DNA from: Candidatus Sulfopaludibacter sp.
GTDB lineage: Bacteria > Verrucomicrobiota > Verrucomicrobiia > Limisphaerales > UBA11358
Direction of reading: 5' to 3'
DNA: 64,000 nt
Assembly (NCBI GenBank): GCA_035508155.1
Contig: DATJNM010000058.1
Span: 316 to 64,315, forward strand
Shown: one piece after another, positions 52,944-62,508 of the stretch
Numbering within the stretch: position 1 is the first letter of the stretch
How the letters are laid out: each line of letters starts with the position of its first letter
The notes under the pieces: generated by a model
The model's input: only the letters and a program-made list of their open reading frames with translations
Databases searched by the model: none
What the model was told of the DNA's origin: nothing
Translations under genes and position numbers: made by a program

Positions 52944-53924
52944 TTATTTTGGGCGCTTCCGATAAATGGCTTCAACAATTTTAAGAGCCGCACGGGCTTC
53001 GGCAAGCCCGGCGTCGGGTTTGCGCTTCAGGCGAACATCCTCCTCGAACTTCGTCATTTCGACTTTCCACGATTCATCGGCGCCGGGAAATTCATACGCC
53101 TTTGTGTCCGGGATGCCCATCTCCGGTTTCATTTGATAATGGAACAATTTTTCGACGCCGTAGCTGCCTCCCAGACCTTCGATGTGAAGCTTGGTGTGAC
53201 GGCCGTAAATCTCGAACGAGAAAAGATTTTTCCATTCCGTGCAGCTGACGTGAAGCCAGGCGGTCTGATTTTTCGCCGTGCGCAAATCCAGAAAGGCGTT
53301 GTCGTCCACCGGCATTTTCCAGAAATAAGTGTCGGCGTGGCCGGCCATTCTTTTGAAGTCACCGAGAAACCAACCGGCCAGGTCAATCAGGTGAATGCCT
53401 TGATCAATCAATTCCCCGCCGCCGGAAAGTTTCGGGTCGGCACGCCATTCCTGGTCGTAACCGATCCGGCCGCCATGGCCGTAACGGGCGCGAATAAACA
53501 TCAATTCTCCCATCACGCCGGACTTGAAAATTTCCCGCGCCTTTTGAAAGGCTGGATGGTAGCGGTGATTGAAGCCGACCCGTACGCAGACGCCATGTTT
53601 TCTCTCCAGCGCGATCAATTCGTTAATCTGCTTCACGGAAACGCCGGCCGGCTTTTCGACCAGCACGTGTTTGCCGGCACGCATGGCGCCGGCGGAAATC
53701 GGCGCGAGCTGGGAATTGATCGTCGCGACAATCACCGCGTCCACGTCCGAATCCGCGGTGGCCTGTTTGAAATCGGCGGTCGCCCGGGCGGTTCCGGCGA
53801 GTTTCGCCAGTTCCTCGGCGCGGCCGGTATTCGTGTCACAGGCAACAACCAATTTCGAGCCCGCCGGCAAAGCCGCGAGCCGTTTCTTCCCGATTAGTCC
53901 GCAGCCGATGATGGCGTAATTCAT
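52944..53924 (-). CDS. Gfo/Idh/MocA family oxidoreductase
   Basis: Start set to ATG 53924 (MNYAIIGCGLIGKKR), which overlaps the upstream stop (ATGA). Contains VLVEKP. The 473-aa track ORF is an over-extension. Confidence 0.85.
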   Translation of the reverse strand: MNYAIIGCGLIGKKRLAALPAGSKLVVACDTNTGRAEELAKLAGTARATADFKQATADSDVDAVIVATINSQLAPISAGAMRAGKHVLVEKPAGVSVKQINELIALERKHGVCVRVGFNHRYHPAFQKAREIFKSGVMGELMFIRARYGHGGRIGYDQEWRADPKLSGGGELIDQGIHLIDLAGWFLGDFKRMAGHADTYFWKMPVDDNAFLDLRTAKNQTAWLHVSCTEWKNLFSFEIYGRHTKLHIEGLGGSYGVEKLFHYQMKPEMGIPDTKAYEFPGADESWKVEMTKFEEDVRLKRKPDAGLAEARAALKIVEAIYRKRPK

Positions 53925-54724
53925 TTGTCGCCCCAGTTTTTGCCGCGGTCTTTCGGGACGATGCGGCGCAAAGTGTAAATGTCGCTGTTCAAATCCGTCT
54001 TGAATTGAGCAAGCGTTTCCCAGGGATCCCACGGCGCGCTGATGAGCTTGCCGCTGATAGCGTCGCTCCTGTCCGACAGCAGGAATTCGACCAAACCAAG
54101 GACCTTTTCCAGTTTGGCGGAATTGTCGCGCGAGAGTTTGCGGGCAGACTCGAATTCCTTTTTGCCAGCCAATTTTTCGCCGCTGGCCAGAACCTGTTCG
54201 GTCATGGGCGTAAATATGGCGCCGGGCGCGATGGCATTGATGTCCAGCGGCAAATGCTCCCATTCCGCCGCCAACGTTTCCACCAGTCTTACGACGCCGG
54301 TTTTGGCAACGCCATAGGCCGCAAAATTGGGGCGTGGACTGGTCGAGCCGCCGCCGGACAGACAAATCACCTTGGCGCGGCGCCGGGCCTGGCGAAGCAA
54401 GGGATAGAAAGCGCGAATCGAAAAATACGTGCCGTCGAGATTCACCGCCAGCGCCGAGCGCCAGGCGGCCGGCTCAATTTCCATCGCCGGCCCGATGGGT
54501 TCCTGAATTCCGGCGCAGCAAATCAGCCCGTCCACCGCGGGCCATTTTGCCGTAATTTGTTCAGCACAATTTTGCAGCGCGCTCCAGTCGGCCACGTCGC
54601 ACTGAAAACTGAAACCATCCTGCCGCGAACGCGCGAGGCGGCAGACATCATGTCCGCGGTTCGCAAGCGCATCCGCGAGAAACCGGCCGATGCCGCTGCT
54701 GCTGCCGGTGAGGACGATGTTCAT
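53921..54724 (-). CDS. SDR family oxidoreductase
   Basis: Start ATG 54724 (MNIVLTGSSSGIGRFLA). YGVAKTG catalytic motif. ATGA overlap with the upstream gene. Confidence 0.85.
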   Translation of the reverse strand: MNIVLTGSSSGIGRFLADALANRGHDVCRLARSRQDGFSFQCDVADWSALQNCAEQITAKWPAVDGLICCAGIQEPIGPAMEIEPAAWRSALAVNLDGTYFSIRAFYPLLRQARRRAKVICLSGGGSTSPRPNFAAYGVAKTGVVRLVETLAAEWEHLPLDINAIAPGAIFTPMTEQVLASGEKLAGKKEFESARKLSRDNSAKLEKVLGLVEFLLSDRSDAISGKLISAPWDPWETLAQFKTDLNSDIYTLRRIVPKDRGKNWGDK

Positions 54725-55695
54725 TTTCGCGCCTCGTAAACCCACCGGTTTTGCTGCAGCCACTGAAGTGTGCGAATGATGCCCTGCTCAATCGTCAACG
54801 CGGTGTTCCAGCCGGTGGCGCGGATTTTTTGGGTGTCGAGAAAGATAAACGGATTGTCGCCGACCCACCCGCGATTGCCGCCGGTATATTCCAATGCGGG
54901 TTTGACGCCGAGCGTTTTGCAAATGCAAGCAATGGAGTCATTGACCCGCACGTATTCGTTCGTGCCCAGATTGTAAACTTCCACGCGGTGTTTGGCTTTA
55001 AGCGCCGTCTGGAGTTTAACCACCTGCCGCATGGCATTCACACAATCATGGATGTAAAGGTACGACTTGCGTTGGGTGCCGTCGCCCAACACTTTCAGGC
55101 GGTCGGGGTGTTCCAACAATTGACGGTAAAAATCAAAAACGTGCCCGTGTGTATAACGCTCACCCAGAATCGAGACAAATCGGAAAATATAACCCTCGAA
55201 TCCAAACCCTTCGCAGTAGGATTCAATCAGGCATTCACCGGCGACTTTGGAGGCGGCGTAAAGCGATGTCTGAACCGGGAACGGCGCGTCTTCGGGCGTG
55301 GGAATTTGTTGTGCTTCGCCATAAACGCTGCCGGTGGAACTGAAGGCAATGCGTTTGATGCCATTGGCGCGCATGGCTTCGAGCACGTTGAAGGTGGCCA
55401 CCGTGTTTTGCTGCAAATCCCTGGAGGGATGTTCCAGGCCAAAGCGGACGTCGGCGTTGGCAGCCAGATGAAAAACCATGTCGCAGCCGGCCATCGCCGT
55501 TTTCAATCCCCCGGGATCAAGGTTGTCTCCTTCGATGAGTTTAAAGCCCGGATTTTTGAGCGCACCGGCAAGAAACTCCTTCTGGCCGGTGGAAAAATTG
55601 TCCCAGCCGACAACGCGCTTGCCGTCCGCGAGAAACCGGTCAACAAGGTTGCTGCCGATAAAGCCGGCCGCACCGGTGACAAAGATTTTTTCCAT
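54721..55695 (-). CDS. NAD-dependent epimerase/dehydratase (extended SDR)
   Basis: IFVTGAAGFIGSNLV, SSTGSVYG, YAASK. Confidence 0.88.
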   Translation of the reverse strand: MEKIFVTGAAGFIGSNLVDRFLADGKRVVGWDNFSTGQKEFLAGALKNPGFKLIEGDNLDPGGLKTAMAGCDMVFHLAANADVRFGLEHPSRDLQQNTVATFNVLEAMRANGIKRIAFSSTGSVYGEAQQIPTPEDAPFPVQTSLYAASKVAGECLIESYCEGFGFEGYIFRFVSILGERYTHGHVFDFYRQLLEHPDRLKVLGDGTQRKSYLYIHDCVNAMRQVVKLQTALKAKHRVEVYNLGTNEYVRVNDSIACICKTLGVKPALEYTGGNRGWVGDNPFIFLDTQKIRATGWNTALTIEQGIIRTLQWLQQNRWVYEARK

Positions 55696-55805
55696 GATCG
55701 GCTGCGGAATTTAATGGAAACCGCTGAAATTCGCCAGTACTTTCAGGAGGGCGGGATTTCAGTATTGACAGTGGTTTTGCACACAGCAAGTTTCCCAAGG
55801 TTTGA

Positions 55806-57125
55806 ATGGCGCACAATCACGACGAGCACTCCACCATCGGCATGAAAAATGACCCCCCCAGTGATTCCCAAACCGGCGGGCTGCTGCAAAGCGGAATTAT
55901 TTTTGCCGTGATGGGTTTCCTGGCGACCGGCATCCATTACATTTTTCAAGCCATCATCAGCCCGCAACTCGGCGGTACGTCCGGCGAATACGGCCTCGTT
56001 CTGGCCACGCTGGCGTTCGTCGGTTTTCTTGGCCTGCCGCTGACGATTGCCGTACAGGCAGTCACGCATTACATCGCCCGATTTCATTTCAGTGGCGATG
56101 ATGCGCGACTGCACGGCCTGCTGGCCGGCTGCCAGAAATTCCTTTTTCAGGTCACCATCGCCGGCTCGGTCCTGGCGGTCATTCTGGTCAAGCCGTTGGG
56201 CGATTTTTTTCACATTCCGCGCATCAGCCTCACCCTGATCGCGCTGGTTTGTGTGTTGGGCAGCCTGTGGGCGTCCTACGCGACAGCGCTGTGCCAGGGG
56301 CTCGGCTGGTTCAAACGGCTCGCCTTCATCGGACTGCTGGCCGCAGTGCTGCGGGTTTTGTTCGGTGGACTGACCACCCGCTTCTGGCCGGTGGCCGAAT
56401 GCGCCGTCGCCGCTTCGGCGGTGATGCTGCTGGCCAATCTGATTTTATTGTTCTGGCGCAAGGAATTTCCCCGGCGGACGAACACCGCCCTTTCCCCGTG
56501 GACGCCGGAGTTCAAACAATTCCTTGTCGTCAGCGCCGCCTGGGGAGTGGGTTCAAACTGCCTGATCCAGGGGGACCTGCTCGTGGCCAACAAATTTTTT
56601 GCCAAGGGAGCGCTTGACGCCTACGGTTCCGCCGGACTGTTTGCCCGCGCGCTGCCCACCGCCGTTGCCCCCCTGCTGACCGTGTTGTTCACCCACCGTT
56701 CCCGCCGGCACCATCACGACGACGATACCGTGCGGGAGCAATTAAAATTGATGGGCCTCTACGCCGCCGGGCTGGTCGCCGGCGCCATTTGCCTGATCCT
56801 GCTGTCTGGATTCTGCCTGCAATTACTGCACCGTAATACGCCGGAAGCCGTGGCGATGATCGGCCCTCTTGCCGTGACGATGGTTTTTGTCGGATTGCAG
56901 CAATCACTGGCCTATTGGGCACTGGCGAGCCGCTGGATAAAAATCTCGCTGCTCTACGGCGTGCTCGGTCTCGGGTATTGGCTGATCTTGTTCGCGTTCG
57001 GCAGAACACCCGCCGCCTTGCTGCAAACGATGCCCATCGCCGCCGCCGGCGTCTTTGGCGTGTTGCTGGTGTTCTGGTGGATCACCATGCAACGACATCA
57101 TTCACCCCGGACACAGTTGCCTTGA
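55806..57125 (+). CDS. Polysaccharide flippase-like (MOP/Wzx-type) membrane protein
   Basis: 439 aa with about 12 hydrophobic spans, located in a glycan locus. No sharper motif recognised. Confidence 0.5.
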   Translation: MAHNHDEHSTIGMKNDPPSDSQTGGLLQSGIIFAVMGFLATGIHYIFQAIISPQLGGTSGEYGLVLATLAFVGFLGLPLTIAVQAVTHYIARFHFSGDDARLHGLLAGCQKFLFQVTIAGSVLAVILVKPLGDFFHIPRISLTLIALVCVLGSLWASYATALCQGLGWFKRLAFIGLLAAVLRVLFGGLTTRFWPVAECAVAASAVMLLANLILLFWRKEFPRRTNTALSPWTPEFKQFLVVSAAWGVGSNCLIQGDLLVANKFFAKGALDAYGSAGLFARALPTAVAPLLTVLFTHRSRRHHHDDDTVREQLKLMGLYAAGLVAGAICLILLSGFCLQLLHRNTPEAVAMIGPLAVTMVFVGLQQSLAYWALASRWIKISLLYGVLGLGYWLILFAFGRTPAALLQTMPIAAAGVFGVLLVFWWITMQRHHSPRTQLP

Positions 57126-57208
57126 GCCATCATCCTGGCGGTTGGAACCACGCCCGGCAGTCTGGGTTCACGAAATTCCAATTGCCATGACATTTTGATT
57201 GCTACAAT

Positions 57209-58120
57209 GTGGCCAAACGATTCGGCATGAATCCTATTGCGAAAATTGCGGGCGCGCTGCGTAACGTGGCCCGGCATCCGCTCAACCGACGGCGAAAATT
57301 CAAGGCGGTCATGGAATACGCGTTCCTGCAGGTCGCCGCGCGCCTGGCGCCCGGAGACATCTGTGTCGAATTCCCTAACCATACCCATTTGCTCGTCCCA
57401 CCCCGCATGAAGGGCGCGGCCCATTTTATTGCGCCGCGCTTGTGTGAATTCGAAGAGATGTCCTTTGTTATGCATTTTCTGCGACCTGGGATGATGTTTA
57501 TGGATATTGGCGCGAACATTGGCGCCTTTACAGTTCTGGCGGCGGGTGTGGCCGGCGCCCGCGCGAAGGCCTTTGAACCAAGTCCTCTGACCTACGAAAT
57601 CCTCGCGCGCAATCTGTCGCTGAATGATCTTCAAGGTCGCGCGCAAGCCATCCCGGCGGCGGTGGGGCGGAATATTGGAGAAATACAATTCAGTGTCGAT
57701 CTGGGAACTGAAAATCACGTTGTTGCCAACAACTCGAAACAAAATTCGCAACGGGTAAGGATGACCACTTTGGATCATGAAACAGCGGAGGATCCACCCG
57801 AGTTGTTGAAAGTGGACGTTGAAGGGTTTGAACCGGAGGTTTTTGCCGGCGGTACCGACACATTGAGACGGCCGCAACTTCGCGGCATAATCATGGAACG
57901 CAACAATTCCGGCACGCGCTACGGCTTTGATGAAGAGGGATTGCATGCGCAAATCCGGGAACAAGGTTTTGTTCCTTGCCGTTATGAACCGTTGGCCCGC
58001 AAACTAACCCAAATCACGGAGCAAATCGGGGGAAACGTTATTTATATTCGGGATTGGGCGGCTGCCAACGCCCGCTTACAAGCAGCGCCGGCATTTAAGC
58101 TCGGCGATTTGACTGTTTGA
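57209..58120 (+). CDS. FkbM family methyltransferase
   Basis: FMDIGANIGAFTVLAAG, AFEPSPLTYEIL, LLKVDVEGFEPEVFAG. GTG start; alternative ATG at 57227. Confidence 0.82.
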   Translation: MAKRFGMNPIAKIAGALRNVARHPLNRRRKFKAVMEYAFLQVAARLAPGDICVEFPNHTHLLVPPRMKGAAHFIAPRLCEFEEMSFVMHFLRPGMMFMDIGANIGAFTVLAAGVAGARAKAFEPSPLTYEILARNLSLNDLQGRAQAIPAAVGRNIGEIQFSVDLGTENHVVANNSKQNSQRVRMTTLDHETAEDPPELLKVDVEGFEPEVFAGGTDTLRRPQLRGIIMERNNSGTRYGFDEEGLHAQIREQGFVPCRYEPLARKLTQITEQIGGNVIYIRDWAAANARLQAAPAFKLGDLTV

Positions 58121-58147
58121 ACGGCGACTGCTAATAGGCTCCTGATC

Positions 58148-59170
58148 ATGCAAACCGGGCAGTCCAACGTGGGAGAATGGCCGTACATCAGCTTCATTAC
58201 GCCGACGCTGAACGCGGAAGCGTTATTGGACAACCTCCTGTCGTCCATCCAACGCCAGACCTATCCGCGTGACCGCTATGAAATCCTGCTGGCAGATTCA
58301 CAATCCACCGATCGCACGCGCGAAATCGCGAAAAAATACGGGGCCGTCGTCCTTGATGACAACAGCCGAAACATGGAAGAGGCCAAACGCCTCGCCCTAC
58401 AACATGCGAGGGGGGAATACATTGTCTTTGTGGATACCGACAATGAAATCACCCACCCGGATTACATTGAACTGGCGGTCGCCGCGTTGCGCACAAACCC
58501 ACAGGCGCTTGGAGTGGAAGGTTATTACCTGCCGTCGTCAAAAATGAGTTCGTTTTGCGCTTACCTGACACATTTGCTTCACATCAGCGACCCGATTGCC
58601 TGGCTGATGAGCACAAAACCCAACCTCGTGGCAAGCGAGGGTGAAGTGGAACGCTGGACACTGCCGGGCGATTCGCTTTCCTACCCGCTGGGTGCCAATG
58701 GATTTGTCTTTCGGCGCGCGGATCTGGATTCCGTAAAAGCGGACGAGCATTTCCAGGACACGCACGTTGCGTTGCACCTCATGCGCCAGGGAAAGCGCGA
58801 ATGGCTCCGGATTTGTGGACGCGGAGTGTACCATTATTACGTTCAAACCTGGTGGGGTTTCGTGCAAAAGCGTCGCCGTGCCACCGTGCATTTCCTGCGC
58901 GTGCAGGAAGAAGCCAAAACCAATTGGATGAAGGAAAAACCGCCGGTGCCACTCTGGTTGGCTGCAGTTTATTGCGTCACCCTGGCCGGTCCCTGCTGGC
59001 ACACCGGACAAGGTCTGATTCGCGACCGCGATTGGCGCTGGCTCTGGCACCCGCCGGCGTGCCTCGCCAGCGTGTTCGGCGACGCCTGGGGAGTGTGGAC
59101 CTACAAACGCCGCGGCAAGGATAAAACATTGATTGCGGAACTGCAGGTGAAACAGAACCTGAAGCCCTGA
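58148..59170 (+). CDS. Glycosyltransferase family 2
   Basis: ISFITPTLNAEALLDNLLSSIQRQTY, ADSQSTDRT, VFVDTDNE (DxD). Confidence 0.85.
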   Translation: MQTGQSNVGEWPYISFITPTLNAEALLDNLLSSIQRQTYPRDRYEILLADSQSTDRTREIAKKYGAVVLDDNSRNMEEAKRLALQHARGEYIVFVDTDNEITHPDYIELAVAALRTNPQALGVEGYYLPSSKMSSFCAYLTHLLHISDPIAWLMSTKPNLVASEGEVERWTLPGDSLSYPLGANGFVFRRADLDSVKADEHFQDTHVALHLMRQGKREWLRICGRGVYHYYVQTWWGFVQKRRRATVHFLRVQEEAKTNWMKEKPPVPLWLAAVYCVTLAGPCWHTGQGLIRDRDWRWLWHPPACLASVFGDAWGVWTYKRRGKDKTLIAELQVKQNLKP

Positions 59171-59184
59171 CCCCAGGTTCACTC

Positions 59185-60429
59185 ATGAATGCCCCGCCAA
59201 CCGCCAACCCTTCCGCCACGCGTCGCCCGCGTTTGATCTGTTTCGTCAATGGCATTTTTGGCGAGGGTTTCGGCGGTGGCGACGTTTATTTTTATTTCAT
59301 GGCGCGCACTGCCCTGGAGGCGGGTTATCCCATCCACTTTTTTGGCGGACACGCCTTTAAAAACTATCTGGAAAAGCAAAACCTGCCGGTCAATCTGACG
59401 CTGACGGATTCCAGTCCCGGCCGCCTCGGCGACGTGGGCACATTGCCCGGACAATTTCATTTATTAAGGGATTTCGCGCGGAGGTTGCGGGGCACGTTGC
59501 GTGGATTGAATGAAGTCAAAGCGGGCGATATTGCTTATACGGCTTCGGATTATTGGTTTGACACCATCCCGTTGATTCGCTGCCGGGCGCGTGCAAAAAT
59601 TTTGTATCTGGGCATGACCGCGCCGACCTTGGGACAAATTCTTTTTCGACGGCGGGAGGATATTGCGTCCGTCCGGCTGCCGTCGCTGTACTACTGGATG
59701 AGCCAGCAACTTTCCCTGAGGCGGTTCCGGCGTTGTCCCTCCGGAATTGTTACCTACAGCCATCCGCAGATCCGGGAGTACGCGTTGCGGTTCGGCTACC
59801 GGGAATCGGATTTGTGGTATGTGCCAAACGGCAGCAACGTGGTCACAGCGGATCGCGTGCCGGAACAGCCCAAGAAATTTGACCTGGCCTGGACCGGCCG
59901 CGTGCATCCGCAAAAGGGAATCGCCGACCTTTTGGTCACGCTCGCGTGGCTAAAGCAACAATTGCCCGATTTTCGCGCCGTTATCATTGGCCAGAGCCGG
60001 GACAAGCTGGAACCGCTGCTTCGAAAAGACAGTCTGCATGAAAATGTTTTTTTCAGTGGACTGGTTTCCGAAGAGGAAAAATTCCGCCTGCTCAAAAGCA
60101 GCCGCGTGTTTGCCATGCCCAGCCATTACGAAAGCTGGGGCATCGTCGTCGCGGAAGCGCTCGTTGCGGGTGTGCCGGTGGTCGCGTACAAACTGGCGTG
60201 TTATCCGCCGGTTTTTGGCGACTTTGTGCGTTACGTATCGCCATTTGACGGCGGACAATTTCAACGCGCTTTGGAGGAGGAAATCCGAAATCAACGCGCG
60301 GGAAGAAACAACTATTTTGCGTCCATGAACCTGGCGGACCTGAAGCAACGGTTGAGCTGGGAAACGGCGCAACAAAAATTCCGCGAAGTCCTGGCCCACG
60401 TAACGGATCTGAAGAATCAAGGTTCTTGA
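59185..60429 (+). CDS. Glycosyltransferase family 4 (GT-B, group 1)
   Basis: C-terminal signature FAMPSHYESWGIVVAEALVAGVPVVAY (E..G....EA...G.PVV). Confidence 0.85.
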   Translation: MNAPPTANPSATRRPRLICFVNGIFGEGFGGGDVYFYFMARTALEAGYPIHFFGGHAFKNYLEKQNLPVNLTLTDSSPGRLGDVGTLPGQFHLLRDFARRLRGTLRGLNEVKAGDIAYTASDYWFDTIPLIRCRARAKILYLGMTAPTLGQILFRRREDIASVRLPSLYYWMSQQLSLRRFRRCPSGIVTYSHPQIREYALRFGYRESDLWYVPNGSNVVTADRVPEQPKKFDLAWTGRVHPQKGIADLLVTLAWLKQQLPDFRAVIIGQSRDKLEPLLRKDSLHENVFFSGLVSEEEKFRLLKSSRVFAMPSHYESWGIVVAEALVAGVPVVAYKLACYPPVFGDFVRYVSPFDGGQFQRALEEEIRNQRAGRNNYFASMNLADLKQRLSWETAQQKFREVLAHVTDLKNQGS

Positions 60430-60505
60430 ACCCGGCCTCTTCCGACATCATTTAAGCTCATGCATATGTGCGGGGCCCCAAGCCTGCCTAAAGACGCAAT
60501 TAGAC

Positions 60506-60534
60506 TTGACACACTTACTTGATTTCCTTATGGT
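60506..60534 (+). promoter_or_regulatory. Candidate sigma70-type promoter of the PEP-CTERM gene
   Basis: TTGACA (60506-60511), 17-nt spacer, TATGGT (60529-60534). This would give a leader of roughly 120 nt. Confidence 0.4.
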
Positions 60535-60547
60535 TGGCGCTGCGAAC

Positions 60548-60618
60548 TGGAGTTAATCTCATACTAACAGAGTGTCCATAACTCTTTTAGCGCTCTGTCA
60601 GCCTCAGAATTAACTCCA
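60548..60618 (+). promoter_or_regulatory. Structured 5' leader (nested stems) upstream of the PEP-CTERM gene
   Basis: Outer stem TGGAGTTAAT (60548-60557) with ATTAACTCCA (60609-60618). Inner stem ACAGAG (60567-60572) with CTCTGT (60593-60598). A competing AGAGT/ACTCT pairing uses 60569-60573 and 60581-60585. Confidence 0.4.
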
Positions 60619-60657
60619 AGTCAGAAAAAATCAAACTACTTAACTAAAAGGAATAGT

Positions 60658-61377
60658 ATGAATCATCACCTAAAATATTCGTTGCCATTTCTGGCTGCAT
60701 TATTCATCCCTCTAACCAATATCTCCGCACAACCCCAGCTGACAAGCATTGTTGTCTTTAGCACAGATTCATCAGGCGACAACGTCGCTCCAGACCTTTG
60801 GGACACACAACCCGGCAACAACTCCAACCAAGGATATTTTGATGTCTGGATACAAAGCGGAGGCATATTTTTAAACGGTCCTTTGGATTCCCAAGCGCAA
60901 CCAAACATCTCGCTGTCTTCCGGTGTGAACTCGTTCACACTCAATGCCGATCCGGGAAGCGATCATAGTCAGTTCGGAATCAGCTTGTTTTTCAACGGAG
61001 CCGCCACACCATCGATTTCAGCGTTTGGTTCAATGCTCACAGCGCAGGGACCGCACAGTTTTGCCGCAGACAGCGCGGCGAGCACACCCGGCCTTGCCAT
61101 CGGTTCGAGTGTCCCCGGCGCCGGCACGCTGAGCTTCATATCTGGCGGCGAGCTGATTACCTTGACCGACTTCTTCTGGGCAACGCCGTCCGTCTATAAT
61201 CAAGACTTGGTTGGGCAATACAGTACCGGAGCCAATGGACTACCAGATTATGTCGGAGGCATGACTCTTTCGGTAACCCCAGTACCCGAACCTGGAATGC
61301 CGCTTTTGGCAATCGGCCTCTTGGCGGGCGTGATCATGATTTGTCGTAGGATGCGTACCAGCGAGAACTGTTTTTAG
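60658..61377 (+). CDS. PEP-CTERM sorting-domain secreted protein
   Basis: Signal peptide. C-terminus VTPVPEPGMPLLAIGLLAGVIMICRRMR has PEP, a TM span and a basic cluster. Visibly lower GC than its neighbours. Confidence 0.8.
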   Translation: MNHHLKYSLPFLAALFIPLTNISAQPQLTSIVVFSTDSSGDNVAPDLWDTQPGNNSNQGYFDVWIQSGGIFLNGPLDSQAQPNISLSSGVNSFTLNADPGSDHSQFGISLFFNGAATPSISAFGSMLTAQGPHSFAADSAASTPGLAIGSSVPGAGTLSFISGGELITLTDFFWATPSVYNQDLVGQYSTGANGLPDYVGGMTLSVTPVPEPGMPLLAIGLLAGVIMICRRMRTSENCF

Positions 61378-61442
61378 TCGAGGGATATCTCACTTATCTC
61401 CAAGGATCCATTATTACATAACCCAAATTCTTGATAAAGTAC

Positions 61443-61473
61443 ATGCCAGCGCAGGATAGGAACCCGCTGGCAT
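61443..61473 (+). terminator. Candidate terminator hairpin after the PEP-CTERM gene
   Basis: ATGCCAGCG (61443-61451), 13-nt loop, CGCTGGCAT (61465-61473), followed by AGTTTAGTATATT. Confidence 0.3.
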
Positions 61474-61588
61474 AGTTTAGTATATTCAGGAACGGACTCC
61501 GAGGAATGGTAATTGTTCGAAACCGCCTCCATTTCTGCGATAAAGAACTGGCTTTGCCCGGAATAGGCACTCTGGCAGGCTGAGGCAA

Positions 61589-62458
61589 ATGTTCAAAATC
61601 CTGGTAACCGGCGGGAATGGACTGCTGGCACATGCGCTGCATGAACTCCGGTCGGCGGACTGTCAGTTGAACTTTCTTTCCCGTTCGGATTTTGATTTGA
61701 CCGCGCCTGCTCGTATGGAGCAGCAATTGGACAAAACCGCCCCTGACGTCGTCATCAACACCGCCGCGTATAATCTGGTGGATCACTGTGAAATTGAGCG
61801 CGAACTTTCGTGGGCCGTCAACGCCACCGGCCCACAGCAACTGGCTGAACTTTGTGCACACGCTGATATTCGACTCGTTCACTACGGAACGGATTACGTT
61901 TTCGACGGTGAAAAAAAATCTCCCTACCTTGAAACCGATGCGCCAAACCCATTAAACCATTATGCGGCCGGAAAGCTCGCCGGCGAACAGGCTGTCCTGA
62001 GTGCGTCGCCGATACATCTCGTCCTGCGCACCAGCTGGATCTTTGGCGGGCACCCGACCCAGACGAAAACGTTTGTTCATACGGTGCTGCGCGCGGCGCG
62101 AGCAGGTCGTGAATTGAAGGCCACCACGGATCAAGTGTCCGTACCGACTTACGCTCCCGACCTCGCGCAGTGGACACTTGAACTGGTCCGCCGCGGCGCG
62201 AACGGACTGGTCCATGCTGTGAACGATGAAGGGGCGAGCCGTCACGATTGGACGCTCGCGATTCTGGAGGAGGCAGTCCAGGCCGGACTGATCCCGCAAG
62301 CACCTCCGGTTGAAAAGGTGACAACCGCCTTCTTCAACTCGACCATGCGCCGACCGGCCTACACGGCGATGAACAACGAGAAGCTGGCTGAATTGCTGGG
62401 CCGCCAACCGGGTTCCTGGCGTCCGGGTCTGCGAAAAATGCTCGCTCAAATGAAGTGA
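61589..62458 (+). CDS. rfbD: dTDP-4-dehydrorhamnose reductase
   Basis: MFKILVTGGNGLLAHAL, NTAAYNLVDHCE, YGTDYVFDG, YAAGKLAGE. The length is typical of RfbD. Confidence 0.85.
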   Translation: MFKILVTGGNGLLAHALHELRSADCQLNFLSRSDFDLTAPARMEQQLDKTAPDVVINTAAYNLVDHCEIERELSWAVNATGPQQLAELCAHADIRLVHYGTDYVFDGEKKSPYLETDAPNPLNHYAAGKLAGEQAVLSASPIHLVLRTSWIFGGHPTQTKTFVHTVLRAARAGRELKATTDQVSVPTYAPDLAQWTLELVRRGANGLVHAVNDEGASRHDWTLAILEEAVQAGLIPQAPPVEKVTTAFFNSTMRRPAYTAMNNEKLAELLGRQPGSWRPGLRKMLAQMK

Positions 62459-62508
62459 TTTCAGGTAGTCTGCGCAGACATGACCACGAGCTGGCAACAT
62501 GTCGAACC

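Noticed and set aside
52944-54365. 473-aa version of the Gfo/Idh/MocA ORF
   Set aside because: The first 147 residues run out of frame through the upstream SDR gene and are Arg/Gln-rich. The Rossmann motif MNYAIIGCGLIGKK begins at the ATG that forms an ATGA overlap with the SDR stop, so the ORF was trimmed to 52944-53924.
61394-61882. 162-aa minus-strand ORF overlapping the rfbD start
   Set aside because: It overlaps the rfbD N-terminal Rossmann motif on the other strand. It has no recognisable features and would need a promoter inside rfbD.
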